NCBI GenBank assembly: GCA_000934665.2 | Contig: KZ538368.1 | Location: 57,261-77,260 of the forward strand | DNA length: 20,000 nt | Reading direction: 5' to 3' | Source: Catajapyx aquilonaris | Taxonomy: Eukaryota | Part shown: positions 10,338-19,649 of the stretch, in pieces | Layout: every line of letters begins with the position of its first letter | How positions within the stretch are numbered: position 1 is the first letter of the stretch | Position numbers and translations under genes: made by a program | Notes under the pieces: generated by a model | Told to the model about the DNA's origin: nothing | Database searches by the model: none | Seen by the model: only the letters and a program-made list of their open reading frames with translations

Positions 10338-10649
10338 CTGCAATTCAGAGGAATCTTATTATAACAAGTTGGCCCAAAATGAAAAACATCTACATGTACG
10401 GTTCTCTAATAGCTTACTTCCATCCGTTTGAGTGGATGGTCACACAGAGATGCTGAAGGGAATGGTAGCATAAGGCTATTGAGAAATGTGCAAGAACTAT
10501 CAAGAGTGAAAAGGTAGGCACATCAACAAAGAGACTGACAACACAGATTCATAACAATACAATCTTCATGGATAGGGTGTGGTAAGTCAGATAAATATTG
10601 CAATTTTTTGTCCTATTTTGATCCATCACACTCATAAGAATGTACTGTA

Positions 10650-10784
10650 CAGTGGTGAAAATTAATGGAGAAGTACAAGTATCGCCTCCTGGCAGAGCTT
10701 TTCCTTTACATGAAGCAGGTTCATGTAAAGCAAAAGCTCTGCCAGGAGGTGATACTTGTGCTTCTCCATTAATTTCCACCACTG
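10650..10784. mobile_element. Palindromic MITE (CAGTGG termini, Tc1/mariner-like), 65-bp arms, 5-nt loop
   Basis: 10650-10714 is near-perfectly inverted at 10720-10784; TA at left, TT at right. Confidence 0.85.
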
Positions 10785-11050
10785 TTTACCTTAATGGAAG
10801 ATCTGCTCTCCCTCCAACATAAAAATGCAGAATAAAAATCAAAATCCTGCATCCATATGCAACTTAATTTAACACTGTCCCTGGGGAGCTTAGTGACTTC
10901 AAAGTCTATTACCTGTAATTTCCCTAAATAATTCCAGTATCAAACATGGTACAGCATGTAGCAATGTTTGTTGAATGACTCTGCATGTTGGGGAAATAAA
11001 ATAGCCCAGAAATCAAGTCTAAACGATTTGACAAACACAGGTGGCAAGTA

Positions 11051-11200
11051 CAGTGCTGGCCATTTATCGAGGCAACGACTAGTGACATTTTTCCGAAGCG
11101 GCAGAAGAAGGAATCTTGCTCGCATGCTTATCTTCGATTCCTTCTTCTGCCGCTTCGGGAAAATGTCGCTAGTCGTTGCCTCGATAAATGGCCAGCACTG
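11051..11200. mobile_element. Palindromic MITE family P, copy 2 (opposite orientation to copy 1)
   Basis: 65-bp arms with 2 mismatches; 20-nt loop is the reverse complement of the copy 1 loop minus 13 nt; TA TSD. Confidence 0.9.
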
Positions 11201-11955
11201 TACTTTCTTCAACAAGCCAGAAATGCAGGGGCGCAAAATAGAAAAGAAACCTATCATTAACAATGTAATGCACTATTAAGGGGGCACTACAGTCATCAAC
11301 CTTCAAAAAAACATTTTTTTTTTTAATTGAAAAAAATCACGAGTCTTTTCCTGCATTTAATGCGGCAAACCGTGTCCTGAAATTTTTCATGGCTCCAGGA
11401 TCCATCCAAACTCGCGGAGGCTTTGCATGTCATTAACAGATGGTAGTAGCTACACAACAGTGGAAAAATCTCATTTTTGCTCAGTGAGGATGGGCCCTTC
11501 TTGTAACCAGCCCCTCATTTAAAAAAATCAAGTATTATTACTGCAGCACAATATTGCTCCCTGGTTGGCAATAACTATCACCTGCACTTTATTTTGTGCT
11601 TAACCATTTCATCTTGTTCATTGTTAGAGCCTGTTTCATGCGTGTATGTCTAGTGACATAACTTCAATGGCATCTGCATAATTAATGGTGTTTGTCTCAC
11701 CATTTACTCCAGTACTTTCAAATAAAGGAAAGACCACCTGGATAGGTATAACACATTTTATCTTGTATAAGTTAATGCAACATTAGCTGCAGTTGATGCT
11801 GCAGGGTGCATATTTATCTTCATGTTGATATAAGGTCCAGGATTCCTATTCTTTGTATATCTAAGGACCAATCTCTCTACACCAAATTCCCATATGAAAT
11901 TCTACAATGCAATTCTTAAATTGTTGAACTAGGCAAATTGTTGGCATAAGTCTGA

Positions 11956-12082
11956 TGCCCAATTGCACTAATGAAATTACTGATTCGATAGCTCCTAACA
12001 GATTGTTAGGACACCCTTTTAACATGTGACAACGATCTGTTAGGAGCTATCAAATCGGTAATTTTGTTGGTGGAATCAGGGA
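11956..12082. mobile_element. Hairpin MITE with 3-bp TGA TSD (PIF/Harbinger-like)
   Basis: GATAGCTCCTAACAGAT / ATCTGTTAGGAGCTATC core with degenerate outer arms; TGA at 11953-11955 and 12083-12085. Confidence 0.7.
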
Positions 12083-12128
12083 TGAAACCTTTTGAAATAT
12101 AAAAACATCAGATAAAAAATAGGCTTAC

Positions 12129-12311
12129 CCTATGAAGTCAATGTCTGAAAAAATGAATGTCTTGTCCGGATCAAATCCGCAGGCAATAATGTCCTTCGCA
12201 TTCTCATATGCCAGCTTGTTTGCCTCCTCAAGTTCCAGGTTGCGCCACAGGAATTTCTCATCATCAGTCAACTGCACCACCAAGGGTACATCAAACACAT
12301 CTTGCAGCCAC
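12129..12311 (-). CDS. WARS1: TrpRS coding exon 3 ([22 protein letters not shown]...[26 protein letters not shown])
   Basis: Translated by hand (absent from the ORF track); acceptor AAACAG, donor GG|GTAAGC; matches the TrpRS core. Confidence 0.96.
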
Positions 12312-12450
12312 CTGTTTGATTAGTCAAATCCTTAATACCATCATATTAATACCTCATATTCAGTTTGAAATTACTGTACCGGTACAAAGTAAAACCTCGA
12401 TATAACGCTCCCGCATATATATATATAATGCTTTCCTACTTTGAACACTC

Positions 12451-13093
12451 AGGGAGGCGGAGTGGCGCTGCGGTAACGTATGCGCCCACGGATGTTAAGG
12501 TCCCGGGTTCGATCCCAGCCCGGGGTTCCCCCCTTCATCTCGTGCAGAGTTGGGCCATCTCTGGCTTCGTCTTGGGTGGTATTTCCGTTAAGACAAACCA
12601 CCCAGGGGAGTTCACAAAATGACCACTTTTTTTTTCAGCGGGGCTTAACATCGGCCTATTTCTGCCTCTAAGGCTCAACACCGACGCCAGGGGGTGGTCC
12701 TCCTCCTGGAAATTTGGCCACTCTGGGTTCTTTAACGTGCACTCGTGCAATGTCACAAGCACATGGGACCAACGGCTTTACTTCCCCTCCGAAGGAAGGC
12801 GCACTCTCACTTTTCTACCACCCGGAGAAAATTCACCGACCTCGGCCGGGTTCGAACCCACAACCTTGGGACCAGAGGCGAGCGCGCTAACTACTAGTCC
12901 ACCAAGGCCGGCTACAAAATGACCACTATTGAGACATTGCACTGCACCTTGCACATCCCTTCCTACTCATCCCCCTTTGCTCGCAGTACCTGGGTGTATG
13001 GAAAAGGACCAAAATGTATTAGCTTGTACACCTAAAGCAAATTAATAAAGGTACCGTGCCAGATGCCCATCATGGGCAGTGCACTAACCCCAA

Positions 13094-13157
<64 letters not shown>

Positions 13158-13165
13158 TACTACTA
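12451..13165 (+). mobile_element. tRNA-derived SINE family C, with SINE D nested inside
   Basis: Box A-like TGGCGCTGCGG, box B GGTTCGATCCC; 3' hairpin TGCCCATCATGGGCA; (ATT)n(ACT)n tail; perfect 15-bp TSD CTACTTTGAACACTC (12436-12450, 13166-13180). Confidence 0.88.
12628..12913 (-). mobile_element. tRNA-derived SINE family D (Deu/Nin-domain-like core, oligo-A tail)
   Basis: Box B GGTTCGAACCC; core TTCGGAGGGGAAGTAAAGCCG..GGTCCC..GCACGTTAAAGAACCC resembles the remembered Deu/Nin domain; TSD ACAAAATGACCACT (12614-12627, 12914-12927). Confidence 0.88.
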
Positions 13166-13478
13166 CTACTTTGAACACTCTTTTTTTCCAGTCCCTTGAT
13201 CAGCCCCAAAATGAGCATCATGACATGGGGCTTGAAGCTCACCATGCTGCCTGAGGTTTGGCTTGAGAAGAGAGATGGCATCTGGAGAGGACTGGTGGAG
13301 AAGGGGGGCTGGTGAGGGATGTGGCAATGGTGGGGAGGCTCTGCTGAGCTGATAGGCTTGCTGAGTCCTGGCAGGGTGTGGCCTGAGACCCACCGGAGAA
13401 GTGCGAGGGGACTTGAAAGCAGGTGGGAGCGATGAGAAATGGACAAAAAGCAACGAATAACAAGGCATAATTTTCCAT

Positions 13479-13690
13479 ACACCTGGAGGGCTATTGTGGG
13501 ATGGTGCAAGGAGGTGGTCCTTGTCGCCAATAGCTGCATGTGTGAACATTGCAGAGAGGCAGCTTATGTGAACTATGACCCTGGTTAGTCACTATTATTT
13601 TTGGTTCTTCAGGGGATATTTTTGGGGTCTACTTGATACGTGGGCAGGTTAGGTCAGGTCCGTTAAAAGTAGTTCATAGGCATCCATCTA
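13479..13690 (-). repeat. Dispersed repeat family E, copy 1 (unclassified)
   Basis: Reverse-complement homolog of 19307-19533. Confidence 0.85.
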
Positions 13691-13894
13691 TGAGTATGTA
13701 CAGTATATAGCAATAGTGAAGGCAATCATTTCCTGAGTAATGGGTGAACTAAATTGCATTTCGTGCATATAACGAATTCCAGCATATAGCCTAACCATAT
13801 TTAGGTAAGTCCCATGAGGACTGTAATATTGAGAGTTTACCGTATATCTTACAACTTGTAACAATTGTGTCAAAAATAAAAGGGACAAACTTAC

Positions 13895-14123
13895 TTAGTA
13901 AAGATAAATGGCAGCAAGTGGCCAACATGCATGGCATGTGAGGATGGCCCACGTCCAGTGTACAAGAAAAATGGCTTCCCTTTCTCATACTGGTCAAGTA
14001 TCACGTGCATGTCACGGTGGGAGAAAAATATCCCTCGCTTCAGCAGGTGATGAGCTGGCTTGCCAGTCACCTTCTCAAATCTGTCGATCAGTGCAGCATC
14101 AATTTTCGAGCTTCCAAATTTCT
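13895..14123 (-). CDS. WARS1: TrpRS coding exon 2 (KFGSSKID...[21 protein letters not shown])
   Basis: Acceptor TTTTCAG, donor AA|GTAAGT; contains the HIGH-type motif HVGH. Confidence 0.97.
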
Positions 14124-14164
14124 CTGAAAAAAAGAGAGAAAAACAATAGCTCTTTAAGGTGCTG

Positions 14165-14290
14165 AATTGGTATAGTGGTAATTCTGGCACTTACGAATAG
14201 AAAGGTCACAGGTTTGATCCCGAATTCTACCTTTTCGAGCTCTCTAGTTATGGACTTTTGTGTTGAGGAGAATATCTGGCTCACTACTCA
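14165..14290 (+). mobile_element. Degenerate tRNA-derived SINE head
   Basis: TGGTATAGTGGTA and GGTTTGATCCC at tRNA-like spacing; 3' extent unknown. Confidence 0.4.
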
Positions 14291-14967
14291 AGTCTGATAA
14301 AGAATAAGGTGGCTGTTTGACACATCATACTTGTACTTGCACTTCCTATAAATGATTCAAGTTGTTCCCAAACTCACAAAATAGGTGTTAGCGAAAGTGT
14401 GCATGAACCCTATTCATCTGTTGAATCCACAAAGACTCCATGGATGAATGGGGTCCGAGAGTTGGCTTCTCATTCTCGCTCATGCTTATGCTAATGCCCT
14501 TTCTCACAAGCTTGGGAACACAGCCTCACTCGTTGCACCCAGGAGTTATGAATGCTAAAATATGCATCTAACCCTTTAAACAGGTAATCTACTTGACCAA
14601 GAAATTCTACATTACTGAGGAAAAGACTGCCTCGTACCTCAGCAAGCACTGCACATGAGTGCATGGGTGGAAGCATGGGTGAGTGCAGGTTAATTCATTC
14701 TTAAGTGCTGAATAACATCATACATACCACATAATATTTGACACCATTGCACCAAGCAAAGTTGGCTAATATGGCAGTAACCATTTCTCAAACGCTATTT
14801 TGTATCTCATCCTTGTCACACAAGTTTTGACCCATTACATTTTTTCCCATCAGTTGTATATTTCCTATAGCACAACATGTTCACTGACAACTTCATTTTT
14901 ACACTCAATCACAATTTTTGGGTCAAGTCACATCCAGCTCACTCCATGTCATATGTCAACTGTTAAG

Positions 14968-15019
14968 GTCTTATACGTCTACTACGTCTCCTTATACGTC
15001 TTATATCTTATACGTCTCC
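14968..15019 (+). repeat. Short degenerate tandem repeat of (CT)TATACGTCT
   Basis: About four TACGTCT units in about 50 bp. Confidence 0.6.
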
Positions 15020-15837
15020 TCACAAAGCCATTTTACCTATAAATTGGCTCTCTCACAGCTCCGAATTTGGGCCAACAAACACAATGAGCCAAAATCCTTA
15101 CAGATCAATGCATTTAAAATTGTCTTATCTACAGACTCCCCATGTATACTGTAAAACACTGCGCTACTATCATCAACTTTGCATTTTCTGTATGAATGTC
15201 CATTGTTTGCAACTTCATGCCATCAATTTCTGACCTTGCCTTGAGTACACCAGGCAAAATGAGTTTGGCTTTATGTGAACCTCCAAAAACATTGTTTATA
15301 ACTTTCATTTATCTTCAGGCATGTCAAAAAAAAAGAACCCAACTATGTATTGCTTAACAGATTGCCAAATCCCCCTATAAAGGGAGACCAGCTCCCATGA
15401 TGGGTGTAATATACAAACAGTTTTATCAAAATGTTCTGAGCAGAATGGGCTGTGATGAATATGGTCCAATATGGTGCAAATTGAGAACCAGGAATTTGGG
15501 TAGATTGGGGTGGTGGGAAAGAGACCTTGGTGGTTCTCACAGCAAGTTCAGGTACTAGACTCTGCAGGAACAGTGTCATAACAAAATTACTCTGTGCCGC
15601 TCTGTGCAATGCTCTTTCGGTTGCCATTGTTTCCTGTTGCCAGTATAATCTTACTAAATATAGAAGTGGTTAACATTGTAGTAGTTGTTTTTAATTTTTG
15701 GTGTGAGCTGCCTGTCACTTCTGTGTGTAAGCTTTGAGTGATATGTGCTCCGAAAAGGCCAGTGTCTGTTAACAGGGTTTGAAATACACAAATATATAAA
15801 CATCGGAGCAGTTGTGGGTAACACTGAATAGCTAATA

Positions 15838-17071
15838 CCGTTGAATCCGGATATAACAGCCTCGGCTATAACGGACTTTCGGTTATAACAGATTCGAAAG
15901 GCCACTCGCCATAGTTCCATAGGCCCTATGTATTTTTACTCCTGACATAACATTCTCATTTCACCTCCTATCAGCTATAGCAGACCATTTTTTGGCCCCT
16001 TGAAGGGAAAATACGCTGTGTTTGATTACTCAGCTTTCTTTCCCACGAGAATAAAGCATTGCATACTGGAGTGGGGGTGATTTTCCCACCTGTCACTGAT
16101 CTAACACTTGCAGAAAAGGTCAAAATCATACCTTTTCTGGTATATATGGCAACAAGAAGAGGGTAGGAGAAAATGGCATTTTTTTTTTTTGGTTCTGCCT
16201 AATTTACAGGTGAGCTGATATCGATTTTTGGATAGTTTCATTAATCGGTATCACAGTGTGCAGTAGTGTGCATTATAGGCATATGGAGAGTAAAAACCTT
16301 TGTGTATTTGTTGAAAAAGTGGCGATTTGGCTATAACTAGAGCACGGAAAAAAACCAAAATAGGCATGAAAAAACCCTCAAATAGGCACAAACATTTTAC
16401 TTTTGTGGGTGTATGGAGGATACTGTTACAGAAAATATAAAGATAGACCAATTTTATAGGCCTCAAGTATAAATATAAGGTCACAAACCATAGCAAAAAC
16501 AGAATAACAACAATAAACTGACAGGAAATCACAAAACTTAGGCAAAATACACAAAGTGCAAGCAAGTATCACTTGCTCTGGACTCTACCGCTTATAGCTA
16601 GCCACTTGCACAATATACAAAATTGTGAAAAATATTTTGCATAAAAGTCACGGGAACATGATTCATATTACTTCTGAACGATTTTGGTCCTTTCAGGAGC
16701 ACAAAAAATACTCCGCAAAAAAACCAAACATGCCTCTGAAAGAATAGGTCTGGAATAGGCCCTAAAAGTTCCGAAATTGCTTCAAAAAGTTCAAAACTAT
16801 CCCAAAAGAGGCCAAATAGGCATGAAAAGTCACAAAAAGCCAGAATAGGAAAAATAGTTCCCGAAATCACGAAATAGGCCATTTTAGGCACTATAAAACC
16901 TACATTTTCCACATACTGCACTTATGAAATGGATGGCTCTCATCACAAAACCATCCCTACTGTTAAGGCATTTGCCTAAAAATCCAGACTCTAGCTATAA
17001 CAGACCTTGGTTGTAACATACCGTACTGATTTCCTCGGTCCCTTTAAGTCTGTTATATCCGGATTCAACTG
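15838..17071. mobile_element. pogo/Tigger-like non-autonomous element containing a nested hAT-like element
   Basis: TIR CCGTTGAATCCGGATATAACAG / CTGTTATATCCGGATTCAACTG; TA at left, TG at right; subterminal TATAAC repeats. Confidence 0.8.
16338..16993. mobile_element. Non-autonomous hAT-like element with 8-bp TSD
   Basis: Termini TAGAGCACGGA / TCCAGACTCTA; perfect TSD GCTATAAC (16330-16337, 16994-17001); many AATAGG motifs, as in 3418-4321. Confidence 0.75.
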
Positions 17072-17103
17072 TGGTAAAATTTCAACCCTTTACACTTGCA
17101 TTA

Positions 17104-17258
17104 AGCCTTGTTTCCACTGGCATAATTTTCGAGCACAAAATGAAAAACACAAAAATATCGCACAAAATCAAACAAACATTATTAATTGCCTATCAACAAA
17201 AAATTGCTCTGGTTTGCATTTTGTCCAGAACAAAAATTATGCCGGTGGAAACAAGGCT
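17104..17258. mobile_element. PIF/Harbinger-like MITE
   Basis: TIR AGCCTTGTTTCCACTGGCATAATTTT / AAAATTATGCCGGTGGAAACAAGGCT; TTA on both flanks. Confidence 0.85.
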
Positions 17259-17383
17259 TTAATCTCCCTTCAAATGTACCCTCCCATTCTGCAACACTGG
17301 TACAGGTCACATCAGATAGATATTGCTGAGTGTTCTAGCCCTACAGTGCTGTGCTTTTAACTTAATAACCCTGCTTTGCTTAC

Positions 17384-17585
17384 TGATAAGTTTGTCATAA
17401 TCCACCCCAGTCTGTGACTGGCTCTGCACAGTCCATGGATCTACAACATCCCCATCATCCTCCTGCTCTGCATCGCGCCTAGGTCCATTCTCCTGGACGT
17501 CCTGGTGTACAACATTACTCGAGGACGAATATGCAGCTGGTGCGCCGGGAGGGTCCCCTCCCGACCCATTTCTACAGCTCGCCAT
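17384..17585 (-). CDS. WARS1: TrpRS coding exon 1 (MASCRNGSGG...DVVDPWTVQSQSQTGVDYDKLI)
   Basis: First in-frame ATG is at 17585; conserved VDPW/GVDYDKLI motif; donor A|GTAAGC, phase 1. Confidence 0.9.
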
Positions 17586-17739
17586 GAAGCTCAATGAGTC
17601 AGGTAGATAATCCTGCAGGCCCGTACGGATGTATGAAGCCGTATGAAGCTGTGCACAGCAAGATGCGAAGGGCAGCTCCGGAAACTCCTCTTCCTCTACC
17701 AGACTCCTGGAGACACAATGCAAATCCTACTCAACTTAC

Positions 17740-18010
17740 GTCAGCTCCTGGTGCGCGTATACCTCCCTCACTTGTTTTTCATTTCTTCTGCTTCCCTGAC
17801 AAAAGGAACGCATGGTTCACCTGTTTGATCAAAGGAACGGATCGTTTGAAGCTATGACGTCACTCGCAATTCTTACGCACTTCACGCAGAAATTACTAGG
17901 GTTGGAGGACGAACACTGGTGCCGATACTGGGAGTAATCAAGTGATTAATTTCAACGTTTTAGAAGGAGCCGGAAGGCAGCTTTATTCAGGAGTTACTTA
18001 ACAACCAAGT
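17740..18010. promoter_or_regulatory. Putative bidirectional promoter shared by TrpRS and FAM50
   Basis: Divergent start codons about 630 bp apart; locally CpG-richer; perfect CRE TGACGTCA at 17855-17862; ETS-like CCGGAAG at 17970-17976; no obvious TATA box. Confidence 0.65.
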
Positions 18011-18210
18011 AAGCCTCGAAGTAAGCTATTGTGTGTCACGTAGCGTACTGAATGTGTCGAGGGTCGGCTAATCCACCTGCAGTTATTTAAAAAATATGCC
18101 CGTATTCGTATTTGAGCTTATTGATGTGACTGAATGGATGATTCTGTACTGCTTCTAGTACAGCAGAGTCAAACCTTCTAATATTCCTGTAACCTTCTCT
18201 GACATATTAG
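18009..18210 (+). other. Probable 5'UTR intron of FAM50
   Basis: GTAAGC donors at 18009 and 18021; CTAAT branch-like site near 18178; pyrimidine tract and TAG acceptor at 18208-18210, 6 nt before the ATG. Confidence 0.55.
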
Positions 18211-18216
18211 CGAAGT

Positions 18217-18567
18217 ATGGCACATTACAAAGGAGCAGCAAGTGAGGCTGGGCGCGCCATGCAGCTTCTCAAAAAGAGGGAGAAGGACCATCAGGAGATG
18301 GAACTGCGCAAGAAGAAGATTGAAGAAGAGCTCAAACTCAGCAGCATCGAGAACAAATTTGCTGCCCACTATGATGCAGTGGAGCAGCAACTCAAAAGTT
18401 CTACCATAGGGCTGGTGACCCTGGATGAAATGAAGGCCAAGCAAGAGGATATTGTTAAAGAACGGGAGAAGAGGCTGGCCATGAAGCAACTGGAGAAGGA
18501 GCGGGAAAAGCTCAGACAATTGCAAGCGAAGGAAGCCGAGAAAAATAAGCAGAAGAGACAAATACAG
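18217..18567 (+). CDS. FAM50A: FAM50/XAP5 homolog coding exon 1 ([22 protein letters not shown]...KQKRQIQ)
   Basis: Characteristic FAM50 N-terminus ([38 protein letters not shown]); donor CAG|GTAACT, phase 0. Confidence 0.96.
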
Positions 18568-18682
18568 GTAACTGGACACAATTTACACTTCTTGCCAAAT
18601 TAATGTTGATTTGATGCAACTTGTTGTGTTACATTACCAGTAAATTAATGGTAGTCTCCAAAGATGAAACTTTATCTTGCAG

Positions 18683-19132
18683 GCATTGTCATTTAACTTT
18701 GAGGAGGAGCAGTCTGAAGAGCAAGACTCAAGCAGCTCTTCAGAGGACGAGATCTCTCCTCCCTCAGAAAAGCGCAAGAAACCGCTGGGGAAGAATCCTG
18801 ATGTGGACACTAGTTTTCTCCCAGACAAAGAAAGGGAAGAGGAGGAGAACAGGCTGAGGGAGGAGTTGCGGCAGGAATGGGTCAAACGCCAGGAGGCCAT
18901 CAAGAATGAGGAAATTGACATCACTTTCAGTTACTGGGATGGGTCTGGACATCGTAGGACAGTCAGAATGAAGAAGGGGAACTCCATGTATCAGTTCCTC
19001 CAAAAATGTCTGGAGCTGTTGAGGAGGGAGTTCAGTGAGCTGAAATCAGTCACAGCTGACCAACTCATGTATGTCAAGGAGGACCTTATCATTCCGCACC
19101 ACTACACCTTCTATGACTTCATTGTCACTAAG
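18683..19132 (+). CDS. FAM50A: FAM50/XAP5 homolog coding exon 2 (ALSFNFEEE...[14 protein letters not shown]...[11 protein letters not shown]...[12 protein letters not shown]); gene continues past the window
   Basis: XAP5-domain motifs; acceptor TCTTGCAG, donor AAG|GTAATT. The expected next exon (ARGKSGPLF-like) was not seen in the window. Confidence 0.96.
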
Positions 19133-19306
19133 GTAATTTGATTTTTGGGTACCTAAGGCATGTTTGAAGTATTATCCAGGGTTTAAGAAAAAACTATACT
19201 GGAACCATTCTGGAGTCTCAGAGCATCCAATCGCATTCATAAGTTCTTTGCCACTTTATTGGAAGACATCTTCCAAATATGGGGTGGTCACTTTTGCTAC
19301 GTAGTG

Positions 19307-19533
19307 TAGATGGATGCCTAGGAACCACATTTACCTGACCTGACCTAACCTGCGCACATACCCATAGGTAGACCCTGAAAATATCCCCTGAAGAACCCAT
19401 GACAAAAGTGATTAACCAGGGTCATAATTCACATGAGCTGCCTCTCTGCAATGTTCACACGTGCAACTCTTGGCGACAAGGTCCACCACTCCTCACACCA
19501 TCCCACAATATTGCCCTCATACCTCCAAGGTGT
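19307..19533 (+). repeat. Dispersed repeat family E, copy 2 (unclassified)
   Basis: Starts TAGATGGATGCCTA and contains ACCTGACCTGACCTAACCT; inverted homolog of 13479-13690. Confidence 0.85.
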
Positions 19534-19649
19534 CTATAATATGTGGGTTGTTTCATAAGTCATTGTGCATATTTTTTTATTAAAAATTGGTAATACATAC
19601 AGAGATGACTTTGGTGAGTTTTGAAGATCCGGCGATTACAATTTGATCC

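Larger units (their letters stand above)
12385..13200 (+). mobile_element. pogo/Tigger-like MITE fragment interrupted by SINE C
   Basis: TACAAAGTAAAACCTCGATATAACG... resumes as TTTTTTTCCAGTCCC after the SINE C TSD; partner end not found. Confidence 0.45.
8219..17585 (-). other. WARS1: Cytoplasmic tryptophanyl-tRNA synthetase gene, 6 coding exons, 1302-nt CDS (433 aa)
   Basis: Spliced translation follows eukaryotic cytosolic TrpRS from VVDPW..VDYDKLI to ..[11 protein letters not shown]. It has the class I motifs [25 protein letters not shown] and KMSAS. All five introns are GT-AG with consistent phases (1,2,2,0,0). No WHEP domain is apparent. Confidence 0.97.

Noticed and set aside
11276..11420. 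TTAA-GGGGGCACTAC start of a Kolobok-like element
   Set aside because: No matching inverted end or second TTAA boundary found.
13063..13549. ORFs with poly-Ile or poly-Asn tracts (also 9586-9932)
   Set aside because: Artefacts of (ATT)n microsatellites and SINE tails.
17307..17723. 138-aa ORF as the full first exon of TrpRS
   Set aside because: It begins at TTG rather than ATG and runs through the splice donor at 17383; only 17585-17384 is supported.
18178..19003. Minus-strand ORFs overlapping FAM50
   Set aside because: Antisense shadows of a Glu/Lys-rich coding sequence; no independent signals.
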